This document shows positions 1-9,148 of a DNA stretch of 64,000 nucleotides, piece after piece. Position numbers and translations under genes: made by a program. This stretch comes from an uncultured Bacteroidales bacterium. Its GTDB lineage: Bacteria > Bacteroidota > Bacteroidia > Bacteroidales > VadinHA17. The notes beneath the pieces were generated by a model that had not been told where the DNA came from, ran no database searches, and worked only from the letters and a program-made list of their open reading frames with translations. The stretch lies in the NCBI GenBank assembly GCA_963813405.1, contig CAWEYU010000015.1, positions 37,124 to 101,123 of the forward strand, in the 5' to 3' direction. Each line of letters opens with the position of its first letter. The first letter of the stretch is position 1.

Positions 1-1926
1 CGGGATAGGATTACAGCATTTGGCAATTTCATAAGATTGTTCGGAATTATCGACATTTTCCCGGAGAAGAAATGGCACATTCTTGTCAAACTTCAGACCA
101 GGACCTTCACTTTCATTTGATTTTTCAGTTTTACTCTCACCTTCACTTTCACTTTCACTTTCACTTTCACGATCACTTTCACTTTTATCTTTCCCTAACC
201 CTATCAGTTTTAGCCCCCAGTATTTAGTGACATTCCTGACCGGATTTTTTTTGATAATTTTCTTAAGATTGTCCAGGTCGATAATGCCAAGTTCAATTTT
301 CGAATATAATTCATCTTTGTTCAGGATATCGTATGAGTGCATAATTCTCTTGACCATTTCGGAGTTTGGTACCACGCCGAGATCATTTAATTTATTTTCA
401 AGGATTGACATACCTTTCTGAATCCGGTCCTTCGATTCAGCTTTAAGTGCGTTTTTAATTGCTTCTCTGGCTTTTGATGTATGAACAAACACGAGCCACT
501 CCTTGTCGGGCCTGGCTTTTTCCGAAGTAATTATCTCAACCTGATCGCCGCTCATCAGGGTGGTATTGAGAGACATAAGTTTATAGTTTATTTTGGCCCC
601 AATAGCTTTGTCCCCGATTTCTGTATGAATCTCATAGGCAAAATCAAGTGCAGATGCTCCTTTAGGAAGGCTGACCAGAGTGCCTTTTGGGGTAAACACC
701 ATAATTTCGGACGAGAAGAGGTTCATTTTGAATTCGTCCAGAAATTCGATAGGGTCTTCCAGTGGATTCTCCAGCATCAAACGAATCTTTTTGATCCATT
801 TATCAAGTTCACTTTCCTGGGCATCGTCTCCTTTGTACTTCCAGTGAGCTGCATAACCTTTTTCAGCTATTTCATCCATTCGCTTACTTCTGATCTGGAT
901 CTCAACCCATTTTCCTTCCGGACCCATTACTGTAAGATGCAATGCCTCGTATCCGTTTGGTTTTGGACGGCTCACCCAGTCCCTTAAGCGGTCGGGCTTA
1001 GGCATATAGGTATCAGTAATTATGGAATAGATATTCCAGCATTGGGTTTTTTCAGGAATACCTGGTACTGGGTCAAAAACTATTCTTACAGCCAGAACAT
1101 CATAAACTTCCTCAAACGGAACATTCTTCGACTGCATCTTTTTCCATATCGAATAGATGGATTTAGGCCTTCCGTTAATATCGAATTTAATTCCTGATTT
1201 GTCCAGTTTATCAATAATAGGAAATGCGAATTTATTTATAAGGGCAACATATTTCTTTTCTCCATGTTTCAGTTTGGCAGCGATCTCATCATAGACTTTT
1301 GGATGGCGGTATTTGAAACTCAGATCTTCAAGTTCGCTCTTAATAGCATAAAGGCCGAGGCGGTTGGCAAGAGGTGCGTAAAGATAAATGGTTTCTCCGG
1401 CGACTTTCATCTTTTTATGCTCCGGCATGGAATCCAGTGTCCTCATATTATGAAGCCTGTCTGCTATCTTAATAAGGATGACGCGAAGGTCGTCTGAAAG
1501 TGTCATCAGCATCTTACGGAAATTCTCCGCCTGCATTGAGGATGAATTTTCCTTGTTATAAGTCCCTGAAATTTTAGTGAGACCATCAATGAGAGATGCA
1601 ATTTTTTCTCCGAAATCTCGTCTTACATCCTCAAGAGTATATTCGGTGTCTTCAACAACGTCGTGAAGAAGGGCAACAGCAATTGATTTTGCTCCCAGTC
1701 CTATCTCCTGATTTACTATTTTTGCTACGCATATCGGATGAATTATGTAGGGCTCTCCTGATTTCCGCCGCATGTCCCAGTGAGCTTCATTGGCAACCTT
1801 AAATGCCTTCTCGATCAGCTCCAAATCTCCCGGTTTATTGCATCTTAGCAGATTGTTTATAAGCGATTCATATTCAGTTTGAATGCGTTTAATATCTTCC
1901 TCATCAAATATATTCTTATTCCCCAT
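1..1926 (-). CDS. relA: Bifunctional (p)ppGpp synthetase/hydrolase, RelA/SpoT family; 3' end lies outside the window
   Basis: Not in the ORF track because it runs off the edge. Manual translation from ATG 1926 gives the HD motif ALLHDVVEDT, synthetase motifs GRPKSIYSIWKKM and WVEIQIRS, and the zinc-finger start YEIAKCCNPIP at the window edge. Confidence 0.95.
   Translation of the reverse strand, partial: MGNKNIFDEEDIKRIQTEYESLINNLLRCNKPGDLELIEKAFKVANEAHWDMRRKSGEPYIIHPICVAKIVNQEIGLGAKSIAVALLHDVVEDTEYTLEDVRRDFGEKIASLIDGLTKISGTYNKENSSSMQAENFRKMLMTLSDDLRVILIKIADRLHNMRTLDSMPEHKKMKVAGETIYLYAPLANRLGLYAIKSELEDLSFKYRHPKVYDEIAAKLKHGEKKYVALINKFAFPIIDKLDKSGIKFDINGRPKSIYSIWKKMQSKNVPFEEVYDVLAVRIVFDPVPGIPEKTQCWNIYSIITDTYMPKPDRLRDWVSRPKPNGYEALHLTVMGPEGKWVEIQIRSKRMDEIAEKGYAAHWKYKGDDAQESELDKWIKKIRLMLENPLEDPIEFLDEFKMNLFSSEIMVFTPKGTLVSLPKGASALDFAYEIHTEIGDKAIGAKINYKLMSLNTTLMSGDQVEIITSEKARPDKEWLVFVHTSKAREAIKNALKAESKDRIQKGMSILENKLNDLGVVPNSEMVKRIMHSYDILNKDELYSKIELGIIDLDNLKKIIKKNPVRNVTKYWGLKLIGLGKDKSESDRESESESESEGESKTEKSNESEGPGLKFDKNVPFLLRENVDNSEQSYEIAKCCNPIP
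142..183 (-). repeat. In-frame hexamer repeat (TTCACT)n encoding an ES-rich linker inside Rel
   Basis: Four perfect TTCACT units at 142-165 plus partial and degenerate units; the region translates to SESDRESESESESE. Confidence 0.85.
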
Positions 1927-1959
1927 AAATATCAGTATACTTGCATGTTTGGCTGAATA

Positions 1960-1967
1960 CAAATATA
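1960..1967 (-). promoter_or_regulatory. Bacteroidota sigma70 -7 box for rel
   Basis: TATATTTG on the minus strand matches TAnnTTTG, about 33 nt upstream of the ATG. Confidence 0.6.
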
Positions 1968-2024
1968 GCTTTATTAGAACAAACTTGTAGCGCTTAAGTT
2001 AACCGGAACCTTTAAATTTTGGCG

Positions 2025-3515
2025 CTACTTCAATATTGTGACTGTTCCGGTACGTGTCAATTGCTTCCCGGAAGGTGTCTTTATTTTCAGGAACCATAGG
2101 TAGACCCCCTGGGGTAAACTTTCCCCATTCTTTTTCCCGTCCCATTCAGCCAGCTGATCGCGGCTCTCAAACAAAATATTGTTGCTTCTGTCGGTAACCA
2201 CAAAATGATATTCTATCGGGGTAAATGAAAGTACCGGTTTAAATGAATCATTAATGAGATCATTGTTAGGAGTAAAAGCATTAGGGATTGTGATATTCTC
2301 TACTATATCAGTGCAAACCGGGGAAGAACTTGTCTCACCGCTGATACCATGAGGATTAGCGGTCTCAAGAGCATTTATATAGAAACAAACTTTTCTTCCT
2401 GTTATATCATACATAAATAATGAATAATTTATTGAAGAGACAGTATCGGAAGGAGGGATTGATGAAAACTCAAGAAACCCATTCCCTTTATCGATATAAA
2501 CCTTATAGTCTGAGACTATACCCTGCCAGAACCTGTAGGAATTCCAGGTCAGTTTTATAATGTTGTCCTTGTTTTCAAGTAAAGGGACAATATTGCAGGA
2601 AAGATTGGAGGATACAACAGGATTACTGCAATTGTTTACTGCAAGGAGTCTGTAGTAATTTATTTTAAATGGATCAGCTGTTTTGTCGGTGAAGCCAATA
2701 TTTCTATTTGTAGTTTCGATTTTTGTGAGCAGGCTGAAGTCAGGTTCATCCGGGATCTTTCTCTCCAACCTGTAAGAGGATATCTGAGTAAGCGGATCGA
2801 CTGAAAATGAAAGATCGATATTGTTCTTCTGATTGACAGTCGCATAATCGGCATTGATCCATTCAGGTGGCCTTTGCATCTTAGTCGACAAACAAACTTT
2901 ATTTGAAAAGGAGAATGTACCTCCTTCAAGATCTGCTCTTATTACAAAGCAATAACTGGCATCATTTATGAAATCATTTAATTCGAAGCTTGTCTTTTCA
3001 GGAGCTAGCTTTCCTGCCTCTGAATAATTAGCTCCATTCACCGCAACCTGAACAGAATAGTCAATTACCTTTCTGGGAGCGGAAGGATAGTTATTCCATT
3101 TTATCCCGATCTTTTTATTGCAGGTATCAACTGATGCCTCAGCAAAAATTGTATTTATAATATTGGAAAATGGACTCGTGCATTTTGGAATTCTGAAAGA
3201 AGCAATCACATATGATACACTATAGTACCGCGATATAGTGCTCTTGTAAATATAGGAAGTGGCTGCCGGATCCCAGATCGTGTCAATAATATCGCCACGC
3301 GGAATACCGTTTTCATTATGGTAGGCATAAATAAGATAAGCAGCCACATCTGTTGAGGGACTCAATGTCCAGGTAAATTCAGTATAACCAGTTTCCGGCT
3401 GTACAGAAACCGAGGTTAATACCGGTGGCAAGGGCAGGACACAAGTTTGCGGATAGACCCTGAAAGTGTTAAGGCATAATAGAACAAGGATGGTATTTGT
3501 GCTCCATTTCTTCAT
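2025..3515 (-). CDS. T9SS type-B sorting domain (gliding motility-associated C-terminal domain) protein with Ig/FN3-like repeats
   Basis: Signal peptide; C-terminal IPNAFTPNNDLINDSF...WDGK..G..LPQGVYLW signature. Confidence 0.85.
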   Translation of the reverse strand: MKKWSTNTILVLLCLNTFRVYPQTCVLPLPPVLTSVSVQPETGYTEFTWTLSPSTDVAAYLIYAYHNENGIPRGDIIDTIWDPAATSYIYKSTISRYYSVSYVIASFRIPKCTSPFSNIINTIFAEASVDTCNKKIGIKWNNYPSAPRKVIDYSVQVAVNGANYSEAGKLAPEKTSFELNDFINDASYCFVIRADLEGGTFSFSNKVCLSTKMQRPPEWINADYATVNQKNNIDLSFSVDPLTQISSYRLERKIPDEPDFSLLTKIETTNRNIGFTDKTADPFKINYYRLLAVNNCSNPVVSSNLSCNIVPLLENKDNIIKLTWNSYRFWQGIVSDYKVYIDKGNGFLEFSSIPPSDTVSSINYSLFMYDITGRKVCFYINALETANPHGISGETSSSPVCTDIVENITIPNAFTPNNDLINDSFKPVLSFTPIEYHFVVTDRSNNILFESRDQLAEWDGKKNGESLPQGVYLWFLKIKTPSGKQLTRTGTVTILK

Positions 3516-4795
3516 TCAGGGCCAGCTATAATTTCATAGAGATCATCAATATTGTAATACGCATTTGCGAGAGCGATTATTTCATCCTGTTCGATAGTTT
3601 TTATCTTTTCAGCAAGATCATAATAGTAATTGTTATCCAGTCCATATTCCCAGACTGCTCTGAAACTTTCTGCCAGGGCGAATGGTCCATCGAACATTCT
3701 AACCATTTCTCCCGCCAGATAGTTCTTCACAACCTGCAGTTCATGAATTTCCACGGGTCTGGTTTGCAGCAGCTTTATTTCTTTATAAATTTCATCAAGT
3801 GTCTTTCCGGTGTATTTTTTACCAACTTCAGTGGCAATAATCTTATAACCTGACTGATGCATTGATGCCAATGAAGAATTAATTCCATAAGTATATCCTT
3901 TATTCTCCCTTATGTTTTTCATCAACCTTGAACCAAAATAACCACCAAGAATTGTATCAAGAATCAATAAACCGTTGTAATCCTTATGCTTTTTATTAAT
4001 GGTCGTTGATCCTATCCGTATTGCCGATTGGATTGCACCTTTTTTTTCAACAAACTCCCGCTTGTCTTTTTTGCCTGTAATTTTGAACTTATTTCTGCGG
4101 GACCTGTTCGCCTCTTCAAGACCAATTTCCCCGAAATAATTGTTCAGAATTGCTTTTGCATTCGGGGGAATATTACCTGAAACTATAACTGCCATATTCC
4201 CGGGAGTATAAAAATCTTTGTGAAATATTTGCAGCATGGTTGTTGTAACATTCTCAAAATCAGATTCATTAACTTGCCTGCCATAAGGATGAGAAGGTCC
4301 GAATATCGATTCATAGAATTTGTCATTTGCAAGGTTCTGGACCTTTTCCCTGTTAATAAGGAATGATTGAAGTCTTTTCTTCTGAAGATTATTCAATTCA
4401 TTTTCGGGAAATGCCGGCAGGAACAATATCTCGAAACAAAGTTCAAGTATCTTATCAATATGCTTGTTCAGAAAGAATACCGTTACACCAGCTGAATCCT
4501 TCTGGATGAAGGGATTAATAAAAGCACCATAAAAGTCAAACGCACTGTTTATTTCATTTGCAGTATAGTTTGATGATCCCTCCAGAAGCATTGTATTTGT
4601 TGAAGAAGCAACCAATGGAAGAATTTCGTTTACCTGGCCTGCATCGAATATGAATTCTATTCTCATCAGTTCTTCTGTACCGGCATTTATAATATACACA
4701 GGAACACCATTGTTCAGCTTTAAGAGTTCAGGTTCCGGAATGCTTTTTAACTCAACGGGCCGGATATGGGGTGGTATTTTCCTGTCAGGAGTCAT
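3512..4795 (-). CDS. M16 (pitrilysin) family peptidase, subunit lacking the zinc motif
   Basis: LGGYFGSRLMKNIRENKGYTYG motif; no HxxEH; overlaps its partner gene by 4 nt. Confidence 0.85.
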   Translation of the reverse strand: MTPDRKIPPHIRPVELKSIPEPELLKLNNGVPVYIINAGTEELMRIEFIFDAGQVNEILPLVASSTNTMLLEGSSNYTANEINSAFDFYGAFINPFIQKDSAGVTVFFLNKHIDKILELCFEILFLPAFPENELNNLQKKRLQSFLINREKVQNLANDKFYESIFGPSHPYGRQVNESDFENVTTTMLQIFHKDFYTPGNMAVIVSGNIPPNAKAILNNYFGEIGLEEANRSRRNKFKITGKKDKREFVEKKGAIQSAIRIGSTTINKKHKDYNGLLILDTILGGYFGSRLMKNIRENKGYTYGINSSLASMHQSGYKIIATEVGKKYTGKTLDEIYKEIKLLQTRPVEIHELQVVKNYLAGEMVRMFDGPFALAESFRAVWEYGLDNNYYYDLAEKIKTIEQDEIIALANAYYNIDDLYEIIAGPE

Positions 4796-6045
4796 ACTTT
4801 TTTACCGGTTTTCACAGATTTATAAAGAAGAGAACTGCAGTTCGACAGTGACATAGAATTTGAAGCTACTTCCATAATTCTCCCTGGAACAACACGGTTA
4901 TATAATGTTACTTCATTATTTATCAGATCTGCATCTCCCAGAAGTTCATAGAATCCCAAATTCATGGCCTTGTTTTGTACACTTGTATTTGAAAACACCA
5001 TGGATGCTTCAAATTTGTTCCTGACCTTTTCCATTTCCACTTCCGGGATTGGAACTTTCTTTAACTCTTCAATAATCCCATATATAGCTTCCTCCGCAGT
5101 ATCGAAACTTACACCATTCATAAGTTTGCCATTAATTATCAGTAACCCCGGATCAATTTCTCCTGTCAGGTAGGCGTTGATATCTGTAAATAGTTTTCTA
5201 TCTCTGACAAGAGAAGAATATAATCTTCCAGATTCTCCTCCGGCAAGAATGTCGGTAATAACATCAAGAGTACTAAAATTCTCATCCATACGTGGGCAGA
5301 CATGCCAGGCCAGATACAAGACATTTGAAGGAACATCTCTTTCAACTATAAGTGTTCTCTTTTCATTTTGCAGTGGTTCTGCAGGAAGTTTTCTGGAAGG
5401 TATTTCACGTTTATTTATCGGGCCAAACCATTTTTTTGCAAGCCTTATTACCTCTTCACTTTTAACATTGCCTGAAACAGATAGAATTGCATTATTCGGG
5501 GCGTAATGACCGAAGAAAAAATCCTTAACATACGCTAAAGAAACTTTCTCAATGTGAGACAGATCTTTACCTATTGTTGGCCAGAGATAGGGATGCACCT
5601 TAAATGCCAGTGGACGAAGGAGTAGCATGAGGTCTCCATAAGGCTGATTAAGATACCTCTGCTTAAATTCTTCACTTACAACTTTTTTCTGAATGTCGAG
5701 CACTTCTTCCGAGAAACTGAGGCTTAGCATCCTGTCTGACTCAAGCCAAAAACCTGTTTCAAGGTTATTCGCTGGAATTGTCAGATAATAATTGGTAAAA
5801 TCATTATTTGTAAAGGCATTGTTTTCTGCACCTGCCATCTGAAGAGGTGTATCAAATTCAGGTACATTCACAGAACCTCCAAACATCAGGTGTTCAAAAA
5901 GATGGGCCATCCCGGTCATATCCGCATCTTCATCCCTTGAGCCGACATCATAAATGATATTCATTGCAACAAGTGGAGTTGAAGAATCCTCATGAACCAC
6001 AATCCTTAAGCCATTTTCCAGTATGTATTTCCTGAAATTTATCAT
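4792..6045 (-). CDS. M16 family zinc peptidase, catalytic subunit
   Basis: GSRDE..GMAHLFEHLMF (HxxEH) and NAFT motifs. Confidence 0.9.
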   Translation of the reverse strand: MINFRKYILENGLRIVVHEDSSTPLVAMNIIYDVGSRDEDADMTGMAHLFEHLMFGGSVNVPEFDTPLQMAGAENNAFTNNDFTNYYLTIPANNLETGFWLESDRMLSLSFSEEVLDIQKKVVSEEFKQRYLNQPYGDLMLLLRPLAFKVHPYLWPTIGKDLSHIEKVSLAYVKDFFFGHYAPNNAILSVSGNVKSEEVIRLAKKWFGPINKREIPSRKLPAEPLQNEKRTLIVERDVPSNVLYLAWHVCPRMDENFSTLDVITDILAGGESGRLYSSLVRDRKLFTDINAYLTGEIDPGLLIINGKLMNGVSFDTAEEAIYGIIEELKKVPIPEVEMEKVRNKFEASMVFSNTSVQNKAMNLGFYELLGDADLINNEVTLYNRVVPGRIMEVASNSMSLSNCSSLLYKSVKTGKKV

Positions 6046-6155
6046 TTTAAAATCTGCCAGTCAGATATTTTTATCAAATTAAAGTAAAAAGTAAAGTTCA
6101 AATGTGATAATTGCACAAACTTATACAAAAAACCGTGAAGCATCCGTATAGTTTT

Positions 6156-6163
6156 TATATTTG
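6156..6163 (+). promoter_or_regulatory. -7 promoter box for glyA
   Basis: TATATTTG matches TAnnTTTG, 61 nt upstream of the ATG. Confidence 0.6.
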
Positions 6164-6170
6164 CTAAACT

Positions 6171-6216
6171 AAACGCGAAACTCGAAACGCGAAACTCAAA
6201 ACGCTAAACGCTAAAC
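6171..6216 (+). repeat. Heptamer tandem repeat AAACKCN x6 in the glyA leader
   Basis: aaacgcg aaactcg aaacgcg aaactca aaacgct aaacgct aaac. Confidence 0.8.
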
Positions 6217-6224
6217 AAAAAAAT

Positions 6225-7505
6225 ATGAAACGGGATAAATTAATTTTTGATCTCATTGAAAAAGAGTATCAACGTCAGATAAATGGAATTGAACTTATAG
6301 CCTCAGAAAATTTCGTTAGTCCTCAGGTTCTTGAAGCAATGGGATCGGTAATGACAAATAAATATGCAGAAGGATATCCTGGTTATCGTTATTATGGTGG
6401 TTGTGAGATAGTTGACCAATCGGAGCAAATTGCGATAGATCGGCTTAAGCAGCTTTTTGGAGCTGAATACGCAAATGTCCAGCCTCATTCGGGGGCTCAG
6501 GCAAACATGGCAGTATTTATGGCTGTTCTTAAACCAGGTGATACATTTATGGGACTAAATCTTGCTCATGGAGGCCATCTATCGCATGGTTCACCGGTCA
6601 ATTCTTCAGGACTACTATACAGGCCTGTGGCATATGGAGTTAAAGAAGATACAGGAGTTATTGATTATGAAATGATGGAGGAGGTTGCCATGAAGGAGAA
6701 ACCTAAGATGATAATAGGTGGAGCCTCTGCTTATTCGAGAGATTGGGATTATAAGAGGATGAGAAATATTGCAGATTCTGTTGGTGCGATTTTTATGGTT
6801 GATATGGCACACCCGGCCGGTTTAATTGCTGCAGGATTGTTAAATAGCCCGTTAAAGAATGCTCACATTGTGACTTCCACGACACATAAAACTCTTCGCG
6901 GGCCAAGAGGCGGTATCATTCTTCTGGGAAAAGATTTTGTTAATCCCTGGGGTCTTACAACTAATAAGGGAGAGGTGAAAATGATGTCTTCACTTCTCAA
7001 CTCAGCAGTATTTCCGGGAATTCAGGGTGGGCCTCTTGAGCATGTGATCGCATCGAAGGCAGTATCTTTTGGAGAAGCTCTCGATCCAAAATTTAACGAA
7101 TATCAGAAACAGGTAAAGAAGAACGCTGATAAAATGTCAGAAGCCTTTATGGCACGAGGTTATAAAGTGGTGTCTGGAGGAACCGATAATCATCTGATGC
7201 TGATTGATCTAAGGACCAAATTCCCTGATATTTCAGGTAAAAAAGTTGAAAACACACTGGTCCTTTCACATATTACTGTTAATAAAAACATGGTTCCTTA
7301 CGATACCAGATCACCTTTCCTGACATCGGGTTTAAGAGTTGGAACACCGGCAATTACTACCAGGGGACTGAAGGAAGAACATATGGATATAATTGTTGAA
7401 ATGATAGACGATGTAATCTCTAATATCGACAACGAGGAAGTAATAAAGAAGACTGGAAAGAAGGTCATTGAAATGATGAAGCCATTTCCTTTGTTTTCAA
7501 TGTAA
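6225..7505 (+). CDS. glyA: Serine hydroxymethyltransferase
   Basis: [16 protein letters not shown], and PLP lysine motif [12 protein letters not shown]. Confidence 0.98.
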   Translation: MKRDKLIFDLIEKEYQRQINGIELIASENFVSPQVLEAMGSVMTNKYAEGYPGYRYYGGCEIVDQSEQIAIDRLKQLFGAEYANVQPHSGAQANMAVFMAVLKPGDTFMGLNLAHGGHLSHGSPVNSSGLLYRPVAYGVKEDTGVIDYEMMEEVAMKEKPKMIIGGASAYSRDWDYKRMRNIADSVGAIFMVDMAHPAGLIAAGLLNSPLKNAHIVTSTTHKTLRGPRGGIILLGKDFVNPWGLTTNKGEVKMMSSLLNSAVFPGIQGGPLEHVIASKAVSFGEALDPKFNEYQKQVKKNADKMSEAFMARGYKVVSGGTDNHLMLIDLRTKFPDISGKKVENTLVLSHITVNKNMVPYDTRSPFLTSGLRVGTPAITTRGLKEEHMDIIVEMIDDVISNIDNEEVIKKTGKKVIEMMKPFPLFSM

Positions 7506-7623
7506 TAATGATAAAGATTGAAATAATATCATGTTTATTTTCATCGATCAATTAATTTTAAATCTGATTTTCCAAATGAATTTTATTTAACTTTATACCG
7601 ATCAAAATGCAATTGTTGAAGAG

Positions 7624-8013
7624 ATGGCCAAGCAAAAACTCATTTTTTTTGTTGACGATGATCCTGTTATAACAAAACTTGTAGTAAAACGATTTTCCTC
7701 GGAAATCTATCGTCTGGAGGCTTTCGATTATGGAGAGGAAGCGCTGAAAGCATTGCCTGAAAATCCCGACCTCATCATTCTGGATTACTTGTTCCATAAA
7801 GCAGATCAGAAGGTTATGAATGGGATGGAGGTTTTTGACAAAATAAAAGAGACTAATCCCAATATACCAATCATCATGCTCTCAGGGCAGGATAGGGGAG
7901 AGATCGTACTTGAACTGGCCCGAAAAGGAATAGATGATTATGTTATTAAAGATAATAACCTTCTTGACAATCTTAAAGCTTCGATTATTGAGTTATTAAG
8001 CCACGAAAACTGA
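7624..8013 (+). CDS. Stand-alone response regulator (receiver domain only)
   Basis: FVDDD acidic pocket, phospho-acceptor LIILDY, and DYVIK lysine. Confidence 0.88.
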   Translation: MAKQKLIFFVDDDPVITKLVVKRFSSEIYRLEAFDYGEEALKALPENPDLIILDYLFHKADQKVMNGMEVFDKIKETNPNIPIIMLSGQDRGEIVLELARKGIDDYVIKDNNLLDNLKASIIELLSHEN

Positions 8014-8048
8014 TGTTCTTCAGACTTTTTCAGCTTTTTTCCAAAGAT

Positions 8049-9035
8049 CTACTTAAGAACAAAATGATAAGTTATTGTTCCCTTCTGTTTCAAAGGGGCG
8101 TCAGGTTTGCGCTGGAAGGTTGTTTTTAAAGCAGCCGCCTTTGCCACTCCAAGAAGGTAGTCATCTAATGTTGTTGAACCTTTTGCTCCTGGCGTGGCAT
8201 CTGTTACTTTACCTTCTCTGTCAACACTTACTTCAACAACTACCGTGCCATCTCCCTGATATTTATATTCCGGATTTGGTAGTGACTGAACGCTTCTTCC
8301 CTCGAGGCTGTATGAAACGCCATCTCCGCCTGTTCCGTTCCCGTTACCGGTCCCGCTTGTGCCTGTTCCGCCTCCCGTTCCGCGTATTTTGGAATTTACA
8401 GAACCTCTGGGGTCTCCCTGATTTCCGGGCCCGCCAGCAATACCTTCACTGGTAGAATTTGTTCCTGAGTTTTTGGAGTTAGCCAAAGCATTTTTGGTCC
8501 TGTTTAATATGTCACTGCTCCTTTTTTGTTCGGCTTCAATTCTCTTATTTTCGGCATTAATGGCAGCTATTCTTGCTTTTTCAGCTGCAAGTTCCTCTCG
8601 CCTGATCCTGGCATTTTCCACCTGTTCCTTTTTTCTTTTCTCAGCTTCCGGATCAACCTTTTTGATCAGGGGAGCTTCCTTATCGTAGCTCTGGGTGAGT
8701 AAACGCTCTTCAACAGCAGGTTTTACTGCGGTTTTGAGAGGTGGTGCTTTTGTCTGCGCATCGACAGAAGCCACCGTTGTTTCCTGAAGTGCCGGAGGAG
8801 GAGATGGCTCTATCAAACCCAGTCCTGTTTCATCGGTTCCAAAATTGACCAGAATGCCATTGCTACTATCCTTATATGGTGGTTGTACTGCTGAGATTCC
8901 TACTATTAATAATAACAGAAGTACTACCAGGTGTAATACTGATGTACCTACTATTCCCCTCCTTCGTTCAGATGAGAACAAATGAATATCGTTATACTGA
9001 TGATGTTCCAATATATTTTTTCCTGTTTCTGACAT
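8049..9035 (-). CDS. TonB/TolA-like energy transducer
   Basis: Likely start MSETGK at 9035. Single TM helix, Pro/Ala-rich and coiled-coil linker, Gly-rich stretch, and a TonB-C-like domain (GTVVVEVSVDREGKV...GTITYHF). Confidence 0.75.
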   Translation of the reverse strand: MSETGKNILEHHQYNDIHLFSSERRRGIVGTSVLHLVVLLLLLIVGISAVQPPYKDSSNGILVNFGTDETGLGLIEPSPPPALQETTVASVDAQTKAPPLKTAVKPAVEERLLTQSYDKEAPLIKKVDPEAEKRKKEQVENARIRREELAAEKARIAAINAENKRIEAEQKRSSDILNRTKNALANSKNSGTNSTSEGIAGGPGNQGDPRGSVNSKIRGTGGGTGTSGTGNGNGTGGDGVSYSLEGRSVQSLPNPEYKYQGDGTVVVEVSVDREGKVTDATPGAKGSTTLDDYLLGVAKAAALKTTFQRKPDAPLKQKGTITYHFVLK

Positions 9036-9148
9036 CGAAGTTATTAAAAAACGTACTATATAAATGCTCCAATATTTCGGGTTAATAACAATGGACAAAT
9101 ACTTATTAACGGTTTTGAGGCATCGCTCAAGATAAACGTACAAAGCCG

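Noticed and set aside
83..1802. Plus-strand ORFs 83-421, 481-987, 1264-1497 and 1596-1802
   Set aside because: They are antisense shadows of the rel gene; the SLSLSL run is the reverse reading of the ES repeat.
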